Shown: positions 47,601-58,880 of the stretch, one piece after another
Numbering within the stretch: the first letter of the stretch is position 1
Layout: every line of letters begins with the position of its first letter
NCBI RefSeq assembly: GCF_964355755.1
Contig: NC_092676.1
Location: 15,456,871 to 15,520,870, forward strand
Reading direction: 5' to 3'
Origin: Antedon mediterranea
Lineage: Eukaryota; Animalia; Echinodermata
Length of the DNA: 64,000 nt
The notes under the pieces: generated by a model
Told to the model about the DNA's origin: nothing
What the model saw: the letters and a program-made list of their open reading frames with translations, nothing else
The model's database searches: none
Made by a program: the position numbers and the translations under genes

Positions 47601-50600
47601 TATCATTAGTCAAGCTTGATGTAACATGGCTATGTAACCCGTGGTAACATAGCGCGCGCATTCACCGGCTGTCAGATTGGCTACTTAGATTACCTATTTC
47701 AAAATTCGATGATGTTAGGCCTACATGCTAAGCAAGTATGGTAATACTTATTCACAATACTTAAAAACGTGATGCAAAGTTAAGATCTTATAAGATATTG
47801 ACTTTGTTCTTTGAATTTCTTTGAATCCCATTAAAAGAGCAGACAAGCAGACTTGAAGCGATTCACGTTATGTTAATTTCATCTTAAGTTTGCAGGTCTA
47901 TACATCAGACGAAATATTAAAAAACAAGTTTGGTTAAAGAAGATTGTCAAGAGAAATATTTAATATATATTGTACTTGTCGCAATTAGTAGAATAATATC
48001 ACCGCATTGATGGTCATAATGTGTAGTTTATTGGTCTTGTTTAAATATGGCTTGCTACTGCAGCCTGCCTGTAATGATCAATTTAACGACACGCTTTATA
48101 TGTAATCTTGACAATCACGGTAACTATAACCATCAAGATTGCCCCTAGGGGTTATTGTGTCTATTTAATTCACTATGCAAATAGATAATGAAGCTGTTAC
48201 GAGGCATTTAAAGAATCATTCTTTCAAATCTATCATTCTCTAAGTGACTAAATGTTTTAAGATTAGTGCATGTGCGCCGTCTATTTGCATACCCCAGGTT
48301 GTTTTGCAAGTATTAATATCACTGACATTTATGGAATATAAAAGATTATTAATTTAAAATAAATAAATAATATTCCATTAAATTTAAAATTTCTATCATT
48401 AGGTTCGTGCAGATTAACAATTATTGGGGTTTTTAAATGCAGCAATTATAATACAGTACTTGCTGATTTATTATAAAAAAATATTATGAAAGTTATAAAT
48501 TTTAGTATAACATAAATTTAAAAGATAATTGTATGAATCTTTGTTGTATAACACAACAATAAATACATTAATTTCTATCACATTGTAATAATAATTCAAA
48601 AGATGAAACATTAATCTTATCAACTGGACTTGTTTGTTGAAATAGTTGATAAGATTTAACTGTTCATTTTATGTTCTACCTGGATGAATGATAACATTCA
48701 TAACTAATAATTTAAAGGGAACGATTAATTAAGATGAAGTCGGTAAAGGACGACCTGTATCATCCAACAGCTTAACAGTCAAATACTAACGTAACACAAA
48801 TCGACCAGTAACGCAATCTATTAACCACTAACGTAACACAAATTAACCAGTAACGCAATCTATTAACCACTAACGTAACACAAATCTACCAGTAACGCAA
48901 TCTATAAACCACTAACGTAACACAAATCAACCAGTAACGCAATCTATTAACCACTAACGTAACACAAATCAACCAGTAACGTAATCTATTAACCACTAAC
49001 GTAACACAAATTAACCAGTAACGCAATCTATTAACCACTAACGTAACACAAATCAACCAGTAACGCAATCTATTAACCACTAACGTAACATAAATCAACC
49101 AGTAACGCAATCTATTAACCACTAACGTAACATAAATCTACCAGTAACGCAATCTATAAACCACTAATGTAACATAAATCAACCAGTAACGCAATCTATT
49201 AACCACTAACGTAACACAAATCAACCAGTAACGTAATCTATTAACCACTAACGTAACACAAATCGACCAGTAACGCAATCTATTAACCACTAACGTAACA
49301 CAAATTAACCAGTAACGCAATCTATTAACCACTAACGTAACACAAATCTACCAGTAACGCAATCTATAAACCACTAACGTAACACAAATCAACCAGTAAC
49401 GCAATCTATTAACCACTAACGTAACACAAATCAACCAGTAACGTAATCTATTAACCACTAACGTAACACAAATTAACCAGTAACGCAATCTATTAACCAC
49501 TAACGTAACACAAATCAACCAGTAACGCAATCTATTAACCACTAACGTAACATAAATCAACCAGTAACGCAATCTATTAACCACTAACGTAACATAAATC
49601 TACCAGTAACGCAATCTATAAACCACTAATGTAACATAAATCAACCAGTAACGCAATCTATTAACCACTAACGTAACACAAATCAACCAGTAACGTAATC
49701 TATTAACCACTAACGTAACACAAATCAACCAGTAACGCAATCTATTAACCACTAACGTAACACAAATCGACCAGTAACGCAATCTATTAACCACTAACGT
49801 AACAAAAATCAACCAGTAACGCAATCTTAATAACCACTAACGTAATACAAATCAACCATTAACGCAATCTATTAACCACTAACGTAACACAAATCTACCA
49901 GTAACGCAATCTATTAACCACTAACGTAAATCAATCAGTAACGCTATCTATTAACCACTAACGTAACACAAATCAACCAGTAACGTAATCTATTAACCAC
50001 TAAAGCTTGGTTCCCACTAGAACGTAACGCAAGGACGTAAACGCAACGCAAGCGTTTTAACCAATGACAAGCGAAGTTATAGACAGTTAGCAATCACAAG
50101 CGAATAAGCCATCGCTTGTGATTGGTCAATTCACTTGCGTTGCGTTACGTCCTTGCGTTGCGTCGCTAGTGGGAACCACGCTTAACGTAACACAAATCAA
50201 CCAGTAAAGCAATCTATTAACCACTAACGTAAATCAACCAGTAACGCAATATATTGACCACTAACGTAAATCAACCAGTAACGCAATCTATTAACCAGTA
50301 ACGTAACACAAATCAACCAATAACGCAATCTATTAACCACTAACGTAACATAAATCAACCAGTAACGCAATCTATTGACCACTAACGTAAATCAACCAGT
50401 AACGTAATCTATTAACCACTACCGTAAGACAAATCAACCAGTAACGCAATATATTAACCACTAACATAACACAAATCGTGTTACGTCCTTGTGTTGCGTC
50501 GCTAGTGGGAACCACGCTTAATGTAACATTAACCACTAACGTAACACAAATCACCCACTAATGTAACATTAACCACTAACGTAACACAAATCACCCACTA

Positions 50601-53600
50601 ATGTAACATTAACCACTAACGTAACACAAATCACCCACTAATGTAACATTAACCACTAACGTAACACAAATCACCCACTAATGTAACATTAACCACTAAC
50701 GTAACACAAATCACCCACTAATGTAACATTAACCACTAACGTAACACAAACCAACCAGTAACGCAATCTATTTACCACTCAAGCTTGGTTCCCACTAGAA
50801 TGTAACGCAAGGACGTAGACGCAACGCAAGCGAGTTAAAAATCACACACGGCTGTTCGAATAATCCATCGCTTGAAGCGTGGTTCCCACTAGCGACGCAA
50901 CACAAGGACGTAACGCAACGCAAGTGAATTGACCAATCACAAGCGATGGCTTATTCGCTTGTGATTGCTATACTGTCTATAACTTCGCTTGTCATTGGTT
51001 AAAACGCTTGCATTGCGTTTACGTCCTTGCGTTACGTTCTAGTGGGAACCAAGCTTGAGATTGGTCAGATCACTTTGCGTTGCGTTACGTCCTTGCTTTG
51101 CGATCTAGTGGGAACCAAGCTTTACGTAACACAAATCAACCAGTAACGTAATCTATTAACCACTAACGTAACACAAATCAACCAGTAAAGCAATCTATTA
51201 ACCACTAACGTAACACAAATCAACCAGTAACGCAATCTATTAACCACTAACGTAACAAAAATCATTTTCTATCGCAATCTATTCCCCACTAATGTAACAA
51301 AAAATCATCCACTAACGTAGGTCTAATCTATTAAACCCACTAAACGTAACACACTTTATTAAGCGGGGTTCCCACTAGCGACGCAACGCAAGGACGTAAC
51401 GCAACGCAAGTGAATTGACCAATCACAAGCGATGGCTTATTCGCTTGTGATTGCTAACTGTCTATAACTTCGCTTGTCATTGGTTAAAACGCTTGCGTTG
51501 CGTTTACGTCCTTGCGTTACGTTCTAGTGGGAACCAAGCTTTATAACCACTAACGTAACAAAAAAACACACTACTAAAGACATTCTAAACTTCATGTTTA
51601 TTTTCAGTTTGAAGTTTATGAATTTAAAGCTTTTTTTTTCTATCGGGTTTTGTTTAACAAAAATACATTCTGTGTTATTCTTTCAGTGCAATCATTGGCT
51701 CTGGATAAATTCGATGTAATGCAACCATAATCTCTTATGTATGTGTTGGGATATATCAACCACGTACACTTAACAATGCATTGTTGTTTCCTTGGAAATC
51801 TCATTCCCAATGTGTGTAGTTTTGAAAATATTTTTGTTGAAATTATTTATTAACATTTATTTATTTTTATCCGCATGAATGTATATTCTTTGGCATGTTA
51901 AAATAACTTGTAATAAAATGTGTTATGAACACAATATAAAACTCAATATCTGTCTGTTATAATATCTCCGCATAATGTCTTTGACTATTTTGTATTTCAA
52001 CATCAACATAACAGGTGTAGTAATAAAGGTGTATGCATGACTTGCTAGTGAACAAGTTCTACTATAGCCCCTTGTATATGCATAATTAGTAATCAATATT
52101 TAAATAAACAAAGGTCCTAGTCTAGTTTCTTGTACACATTTTCTCTTTACCTCTTATAGCACATCAATTTTACAAATTAAACAATATTGTTGGGAGCTGT
52201 CGTGTATACATTTATTGAGATTGCAATAGAAGTAAGTTTAAATACGCGAAGATTGTCAATATTATCATAAATTTGCTCTATCAATCATGTGTAAAGATTT
52301 GAGATCAATTGATATACATATATATATACATTCGTTTAGCAGATATTTTCTAAAATTAATTTTCCGCCATGTTTTGCCGCACCTCCCATGACATTCTATT
52401 ACAACTGGTACAACAACGTGCAACAACATCCTTCCACGATTCTACCATTATTATATATGTTACTGCAGAGTGCATGTATTTATTTTATATTACTTTAGTT
52501 CCTATTATTCTACAAGTTTCTGCCCTATGAATATTCATTTATTCTGTTACTTTCTTATTTGCATTCTTATTTACATATTATTTGCCAAGTGTGCACAGTG
52601 TGCTGTTTCTCCTTTGTTTGCCTTGTCCTGATTTTCTTTTGTTCTGCTCAGTTGTTGTTTGCCTGTGCAAGGGTACAGGTCTGTGCAAGTGCATAAGCAG
52701 CCATTATTTTTTTTTTACCAGCTCTAGCTCTACAGTTTATTATTTACACTTTATTACTATTGGATATTTCTGGGATTTTACTTTGCAAATGTTGAGATTA
52801 TTGTGGATGGTGCATATTAAAGGAAGTACTTTAAACATTAATTTTACTCTTTTGATTTCTGTATGTTGTGAGAGCTGCGTACATTAAAACAAGGAATCAA
52901 CAGCAGCTGACCTAATTGGTAGATCCAATTAAATTATAACTTATATACGAGCAACCACAACATTATCAAGTACTACTCTCCACCTTAAATATACTATAGG
53001 CCTATTCCACCACCAGAAAGTACAAAATTATCACTTGTAAGCGCCACCACTACGAACTACCGCGACCTTAATATTAATAATCTCTACAACCATAATTATA
53101 TAATACTCATAATGGCTACTTTATCATTATAATCACATTAGACGTATTCGTCTGATCACTCGCATCGCAAACACCTCGTAGTTACTCCCAATGATCGCAT
53201 GAGGAGGCTGATCAGAGCTAGCTCAAAACAGCCCAGCCAAATACCTACCCACTATTGCCAACTGGAAGTTATTCAAGTTATTTAGAACATTTTTAGTTAA
53301 ACTGGAAACTTTATTTATGAGTAAAAAGTTGTGATTTCGTGTCTTTGTCATCCGCAGTTGATGTTTTGAGAATGTTAAGGCAAAAAACTCACAAGATCAT
53401 AGCAAGGAACAATGACACGTGACTTACCTCCACCAATCCCTGTAAGATTCGTATGAAAATAACGAGTGAATAGTGGACATTACACGCAAACGGAATACAC
53501 ATATTAAGAATGGATGTACTGAAGATAGCAATGCAAAACACTCTACAAAGAAAAAAAGAACACCATATTGTTAGTGAACCATAACTATTTCAACTGGTCA

Positions 53601-56600
53601 ATTATTCGACAATTTATTTCCATTTGTATCTACTAGCAGTAAGTGTAAGAAAAGTAATAATGGACAATATCCATGGTAACTATATGTCTAAGATGATTAT
53701 TAGTTAGCATCAGAAAAGCCTCAATACACACAATATTACTTTACCTGTTTGCTGGAAATCTTGCGGCCAGGTAACCACCTGGAATTTGTGTTAATATATA
53801 ACCTAAGAAGAATGACAGGTGCAGTAGTCCAACAACCTTAGGACCCCAGAAGAATTTTTGATACTGAAAAAAAAAATAACATCGTATATCTTATAGTGAA
53901 ATATAGTAATAGAATAATCTCAGTATACAAATTAGAAATATAAAATATTTAATATCAAGAGTGAATAATCTATGCATTCATTTACATAAGAATGCATAGA
54001 TTGACATATTTTAAATATGAAAATTTACAGTATTCTGTTTATATCATAACAGTTTACTATTCGTATACACTATCCAGCCATCTTATTTCTTTCATTTTAT
54101 TTTTTATTTATTTCCTCAGCCAAGAATTTTAATTTGGTATAGATAGACTATAACTGTGGTATATCAACATATATCATATCACTATCTGGTCACGTAGATG
54201 TTTTAATCATTGATGGTTTGTTGAATTATGATTACATTAATTCATATTTCATTTTAGGTTCATTCTTTTATAAATGTGCACTTTAAAACAAAAATAATTA
54301 TTGGTTATTTATGTTAATTTAGTTCTCTCGTATTTTCTAAATGATGATCAAATCATTTCTTTTAATAAAGATACCTAATAAATGTTAGTCACTAGTGAAC
54401 GAGTAAAGTATTTGAGCTTCTTAGATTAGAATATATAATCAAATGTTGTTTTGTATTCAAAATTAATATCTGTTTGCAAGAATATATCCATATGTAATTG
54501 GCCACAAAACATGTCATTAAACCCGATGATTGAAAGAAATAGCGTAACGAATCCATTTATTAAATCATGAAATGAGTTCAACCATGCTCTAATCAATATC
54601 TGATGGATGGACGAGTTCGTCAGTGAATGACACGTTAAAAATAGCACATGTCAGCTCCTCAAGAATAAACGCTAGTTGTTCGTACCGTACTAATTCCTTA
54701 AAAATAACCTTTCTGCGCGAACTCTTTACAATTCAATTAAAATAATATTTCTTCATCAAGTTTTTCATCGTAAACTTACCATAAACCATGTGTTCTTCAA
54801 TGTAAATAATTTACTATTCAAGTCCGTAACTCGGGAATGTTAGTGTGGATGGGATGTGGAAGAAACCCACACTGCTGTTCAAGGTCCAAGGTCTATACCC
54901 TACCTTCCTCGAAATAATTATCACTTCTCGCCTTATTTATTTCTTTCTTATTAATTCTTAACAATACATAGACCTATATAGTGTTTAAAAATAAAACGAT
55001 TTTTTAAACAATTACATCATGGAGCTAAAAAATTAGATTGTTTATCTCCATGATTACATTTGCAGCTGTGCAGTACTGAAATCGGTCTTTGGTCATTACA
55101 ATTTTAGCAATATGCAAAGTTTATACTTTTCCATAGTTAAAATTAAGAATCATAATTTACTTTCTTGACATTGTATTTATTACCGTACTGACAATAACTC
55201 AAGATTATAGATAGAACAAACGGCTCAGAGAGTGGCAGCCAAGAAATGGTAAAAGGGGGATCGGGAGACAAAAGAGAAGATGGAGAGATGAGATCATTAA
55301 ATACACAAACACGGCAACCTGGACGAGAATGGCATATTACAGAAGAAAATGGAAATTGCTAGAGGAGGGTTTCATCATTACATATTACACCTCGAATTCT
55401 GTAGATATTATGTATTTTAAAAATAGGGTCTACTAATACATTCTTCTTATTGTAGATGAATAAGTTATAAACATATAGAATCACGATGACTTAACTCACG
55501 TTGTTTTGGTATTTACTAGATAGGTTTTTTTATTGTGTATAGTGATAACAAAATGGGAAATAGTTTTAGTACTCAATTTGTTTTCTGATTTGTATGGACG
55601 TAGTTTAACTAGATATGATAGATCATAGTCATTAACTGATGGATTTCAGTTGTTATCAAATTACTATAGTATTTATTATTCAATTCACGTATATAAAACC
55701 TGTATACATTATCTGCTTTATGGACGGTCAATCAAAAATGTAATCATAATAGTTTCGATTCTAATTTAACACTTGCATTGTGTGTGAAAAAGGCATTTGA
55801 AGAAGCTCTATTAGGAAACATAGTACATAATCTACTTTAAAAAAACCCTATAAATTCAGACATGTAATGTAATACACATCTATTTATTACATGGTCACAA
55901 AACAACAATTTCCTTGTTGACACGAAGACAATCTTCCTATCCTCCCTATTTTCTATCGTACTGGTATTAAATACATTACTAGTTGGCTATTTTGATTTAG
56001 TATAATTAGTGGATATCGGATACAATGCTTCTGGCCTTCATATACATGTTTATAAAACAATACTCGAAAACAGATAAAAGAGATGTTCATTAAATATCAA
56101 TTTAGCATTTAATCACAGTTAATACTTTATTACCATGTATGGCCAAAAGCCTTGAAAATCCATGTGAATAATTATGATATTACTTACATGAGTATAATCA
56201 GCAAAATTGGAAAACTGATAATTTCAGCTATAAACCTACAGTAGAATACTACTTTAATGGATTTTAAATTTATTTCGAATTCAATATGTAGGCCTAACTT
56301 TGTGTTCTTGAATATTCGCATCAATGTAAAGTGACTTAACTATTTGCGTATGATAATGTGTAAAACGTTAGTTAGTTTGTCTACGTCAACTCGCTCATGC
56401 GAACATGAAGAGTAAAAGATAGGCTTGAATAACAATTCTTAAATCTTTTGCATATTCAAGGTTTGGCATTCAGACAGGCGATGATAAATCAATGTTGAAG
56501 TATAAATTTAATATATTGTAATCCTTAGTTCATAAATAATAATATAAATGATAAAGAAGAATAAAATTGTTTTTTTAATCAATTTCCATAAAAATAACTT

Positions 56601-58092
56601 TATATATAAAGTATTAAGAATGCCTTATTTTTAAGAATCCAAAATGTTTCAATTATTTCCACAAGCGCAAGCAAAGTTTTGCTTAGTTTAATATGACTTA
56701 GTAAGTTATTGGGTCGATTCGTGATACATTAGAGACAAAAGTTATACAGTACTATCAAATCAAATTAAAAATTAACGTTTATTTCTTTTGTCTCAATGAT
56801 CTTCTTCCCTGTTAAAATTATATGTTTCAGTTGTTCTTCTAAGCAATAACCTATACTTTTGACTTCCTCGTTTTCTTGCCTTAACCCTCTGTCTGTCCTC
56901 ACCAGCCGAAGAACATGTTCGATAGTTGTGTATATACCATTGTAATATCATCATTCTTCTATAATAAACCATATTTCTGTGGCTTCGATTCTTTTCCATA
57001 GATTCGGACTTACTACCGAATATCTCAACTTATTAGGTAAATTTCAGATTAAACAACTAATACTTAATAGTTTTTCATATTATCTTGCTCGTTTTCCAAT
57101 CAATGTTTTCTTCTGTAAATGTATGTCTTCTTTAAGCCAAGAAAAAGCTTACAATATATTGACAACGAACTTTTTCTTCTCTAACATCTTTACATTTGGA
57201 ACGTTTTACCTTTTTGTGTCCAATTTAAATTGATTTAAAACTAATAATTTCAAAATAATTTCTTTTTTGTTGTTGACAGAATCAATTTAATCTTAATTTG
57301 TTTACTACTTCCTTTATTGGTAATGTTTGAAGTGGCGCGTTAAAAATGTTGCATAATAATAGGCCTCCAACGTCACATTCCTCCTTAACTGTTACTGCTG
57401 GGACACGATATATTTAAATGGTCATTCAAAGAATCGATCGGATTCATACTAAATTCATAAAGTTCCTCGGCCCAGCAGCCGGTTCTCTCAACACCAGTAA
57501 ATTCTTGCCAAGTACTAGACGCACACGAACCGACATGATTTTTCTTTTTAAATGACTAAATTCAAAGTTTGATTGTAAATTTGTCTCTCAATTTCATTTT
57601 CGTGTCCCTGTGCGTGAACTTCGTATTAATAATCTTTAAAGGTGCAGTCTTCTCGTGTTAATGTTTGTAGTAAAAACGGTATTTTTATCTGTTTGTTCCT
57701 TGTTCTTTTTATGTAAATCATATGTATATTTTATGGCGATCCAGTTTTGGTGTTTTTCTTTACACTGTTGGATCTTGAATAAATTAATTAATTAATTTTT
57801 AAAAAAGTAGGAAAAAAAAATCAATTTTCTTACGTGTATTTCTTCTTTTCCTTTTATATGAACTGTGTTGTTATTGGTCATATCAATAATTGCCACTCCC
57901 AGATTACATCGAATACCAAAAGTAATCATTAAACCAATGCACGTAAATATTGCAAGAACATAACGTTTTGCAACACAACTACAGCATGCACAGTGATATT
58001 TCATTGAAACGTCAGTACTTGTATATGTATCCGATGTGCTATCTGGGTTAGAATTTATCAATGATACTGTATCATCTTTTTTTGACGTTAAC
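26315..58092 (-). CDS. VGLUT: Vesicular glutamate transporter (SLC17A6/7/8-like, MFS); 11 exons seen, 5' start exon not located
   Basis: Minus-strand exons 58092-57834, 53863-53745, 53542-53428, 44781-44694, 39931-39845, 33285-33152, 31054-30905, 30163-30031, 29274-29164, 27312-27185, 26638-26315, all phase-compatible. Motifs: [94 protein letters not shown]-terminal GYGAM. The TM2 His and the CNLGVA/ARSWTFY motifs favour VGLUT over sialin. Confidence 0.93.
27185..27312 (-). CDS. VGLUT: VGLUT exon
   Basis: [42 protein letters not shown]. Confidence 0.92.
28150..28780 (+). pseudogene. Decayed LINE (L2/CR1-group) RT 3' fragment
   Basis: Frameshifted remnants [32 protein letters not shown]. Confidence 0.65.
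29164..29274 (-). CDS. VGLUT: VGLUT exon
   Basis: [36 protein letters not shown]. Confidence 0.9.
30031..30163 (-). CDS. VGLUT: VGLUT exon
   Basis: [44 protein letters not shown]. Confidence 0.9.
30905..31054 (-). CDS. VGLUT: VGLUT exon
   Basis: [50 protein letters not shown]. Confidence 0.9.
32287..32420. repeat. Local tandem duplication (~73 bp x2)
   Basis: TATTGTAGTACTTTGCCTATACTACCGATTGTATGCC..AACATATT..CATGCTGGTT occurs twice. Confidence 0.8.
33152..33285 (-). CDS. VGLUT: VGLUT exon
   Basis: [44 protein letters not shown]. Confidence 0.9.
34086..34190 (+). promoter_or_regulatory. Putative inward-facing promoter of the KolX-like gene
   Basis: YY1-like GCCGCCATGTT (34086-34096), CRE TGACGTCA (34116-34123) overlapping ATTGG, and TATATATA about 20 bp before the ATG; motif-level evidence only. 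Confidence 0.45.
34205..34741 (+). CDS. KolX-like accessory protein, homologous to the P2X7 cytoplasmic ballast / nanor-like domain (178 aa, intronless)
   Basis: QPYQLEP, poly-Arg, [56 protein letters not shown]. Aligns by eye with the P2X7 tail (WCQCG.C, LCCR, R..AYR.Y..W, LPSC....IRKEFP...GQYSGFK). Confidence 0.88.
   Translation: MNHGLQPYQLEPRRRRRRRRDVEEIEGLDNIVAHEGEDIEWRKVNKEEWCQCGRCELMDTAVECLCCREIENVRAKMNIGSENEMACILDHFEFEFVCLHPAVIRTALVARTDIRRDSIVDPIPNETFRLQAYRQFTYWVHDRLGKAVRRVIPACVVNKIRKDFPSIDGNYVGFKEVE
35424..38841 (-). CDS. Kolobok transposase: THAP domain + Zn finger + DDE core, 7 exons, 741 aa, open frame
   Basis: Exons 38841-38473, 37977-37840, 37739-37541, 37356-36464, 36309-36084, 35918-35772, 35677-35424 (2226 nt, GT-AG, phases 0,0,1,0,1,1). 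THAP: C..FGC..FHRLP..W..VCSEHF..AVPT. Zn finger: CQECG..CHNNH. Core: [37 protein letters not shown]. Confidence 0.88.
39003..39091 (-). promoter_or_regulatory. Putative inward-facing promoter of the transposase
   Basis: YY1 site AAGATGGCGG (39082-39091), ACTTCCGCCCC ETS/GC box (39040-39050), CACGTG (39003-39008); motif-level evidence only. Confidence 0.45.
39845..39931 (-). CDS. VGLUT: VGLUT exon
   Basis: [28 protein letters not shown]. Confidence 0.9.
40190..40605. repeat. 11-bp perfect tandem repeat (CAGTTGCAGTG) x ~38
   Basis: Directly visible; stop-free in several frames, which produces spurious ORFs. Confidence 0.97.
41820..41955 (+). repeat. Second copy of the Penelope-like pLTR fragment
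   Basis: Near-identical to 23240-23385 (GTATCTCCATTGAGATCCAGCCACTGATACCCACAGCATTGTC...); retains GAAAGCTC. Confidence 0.75.
42975..43100 (+). repeat. Third, diverged copy of the same repeat
   Basis: ATCTCCACTGATATCCAGTCACTTATACCCACAG..TTGTCATTTTTTCGGTAATTTG. Confidence 0.6.
44694..44781 (-). CDS. VGLUT: VGLUT exon
   Basis: [29 protein letters not shown]. Confidence 0.9.
46146..46825. mobile_element. Old MITE-like element with degenerate long inverted repeats
   Basis: GAGATCAGAATCTGAGCATCACAACTCTGTC (~46280-46310) is inverted at ~46752-46782; AGTGAAACAAATT/AATTTGTTTCACT; ends ATTTAGCA/TGCTAGAT. Confidence 0.5.
50004..50182. mobile_element. PIF/Harbinger-type MITE (~180 bp), TAA TSD
   Basis: TAA|AGCTTGGTTCCCACTAG...CTAGTGGGAACCACGCT|TAA. 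Confidence 0.85.
50782..51121. mobile_element. Related MITE carrying a nested copy (50876-51055, TGA TSD)
   Basis: Outer AGCTTGGTTCCCACTAG...CTAGTGGGAACCAAGCT; inner copy in reverse orientation relative to 50004-50182, flanked by TGA/TGA. Confidence 0.85.
51362..51540. mobile_element. Same MITE family, reverse orientation, TTA TSD
   Basis: TTA|AGCGGGGTTCCCACTAG...CTAGTGGGAACCAAGCT|TTA. Confidence 0.85.
53428..53542 (-). CDS. VGLUT: VGLUT exon
   Basis: [38 protein letters not shown]. Confidence 0.9.
53745..53863 (-). CDS. VGLUT: VGLUT exon
   Basis: [40 protein letters not shown]. Confidence 0.9.
55018..55052. mobile_element. 35-bp P-element-like mini-MITE with 7-bp TSD
   Basis: CATGGAG...CTCCATG termini; ATTACAT on both sides. 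Confidence 0.65.
55200..55385 (+). pseudogene. RTE-clade LINE 3' remnant
   Basis: [41 protein letters not shown]. Confidence 0.6.
57834..58092 (-). CDS. VGLUT: VGLUT exon (TM1)
   Basis: [34 protein letters not shown]; starts in phase 2, so an upstream coding exon is required. Confidence 0.9.
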
Positions 58093-58369
58093 CTATAAAG
58101 ACAAAAATAAAAATAGAGTTTAAATAACAAGTTCTTACAAACTGTTTAATTCACATTCATGGAGGAAGAACAAATGCTGTCCGGTTTCTATATTTCAATT
58201 CCGAAAAATTATTTTCGTCACGTGATAAGCCAATCTAAACGCATAATTCATGGATTGGATTCATCGACTGAGAAAGAAAAGACGTTTAGTAATTCTACGA
58301 GGTTGACGGATACGAATCTTAGATGGGATGAAAGTATATTCTTTTTAAAGAGGGTGTTCGATTTGTGAG

Positions 58370-58880
58370 AGAATACGTTTAACCACGGAGAGAACAACTG
58401 CATCATATTTATTAAGTATAAGTTAAGTTAAGATATAATACATCAGTTCCAATAATACGCCCTGCACTTTTGGTGATCTTATCCAACATTATCTTGACTT
58501 TCGTGAGTAAGCTAGCCTCCAAATAACACGAAAGACACGAAGAAACATAAAATAATAAACATAATATGTGTTCGCTAACATTAAATTTCCTAATCTTTCG
58601 TAACATGTACAGACGTTGTTGCCTTTTTTATATAGGCCTAGCGAAGTGTATTACTACTATACACCAGTCCAATCTATCATCTATCAACTTTAATCAGCTC
58701 ACCACCTAATTTAAAAGGCTCGTAAACTGATAAATTAATTATTTAGTTGACAGGTTTTATTCGAGAAAATTATTTTTATACCAATTTGTAAAATGATTCA
58801 CTGCAATCAAATAATTTCTAATAGGATGGTCTTCATTTACAAGACTGATAAGAACAGTGTCAGTGTATTATGAAAGAGTG
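58370..58880 (-). pseudogene. Rex1/Babar-like LINE RT C-terminal remnant
   Basis: QQRLYMLRKIRKFNV..FY..LDKITKSAGRIIG with a degenerate upstream segment. Confidence 0.55.

Larger units (their letters stand above)
48785..51560. repeat. 42-bp satellite (TAACGTAACACAAATCAACCAGTAACGCAATCTATTAACCAC)n with a 40-bp derived sub-block (~50520-50710) and MITE insertions
   Basis: Directly visible; matches the 14-aa periodicity of the ORFs at 48886-49824. Confidence 0.95.

Noticed and set aside
48886-49824. Repeated '[14 protein letters not shown]' ORFs
   Set aside because: Translations of the 42-bp satellite.
56793-57000. RTE-like remnant (YRRMM..W..RKRG); also possible LINE scraps at ~19330-19600 and ~63120-63320
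   Set aside because: Too degenerate to call with confidence by eye.
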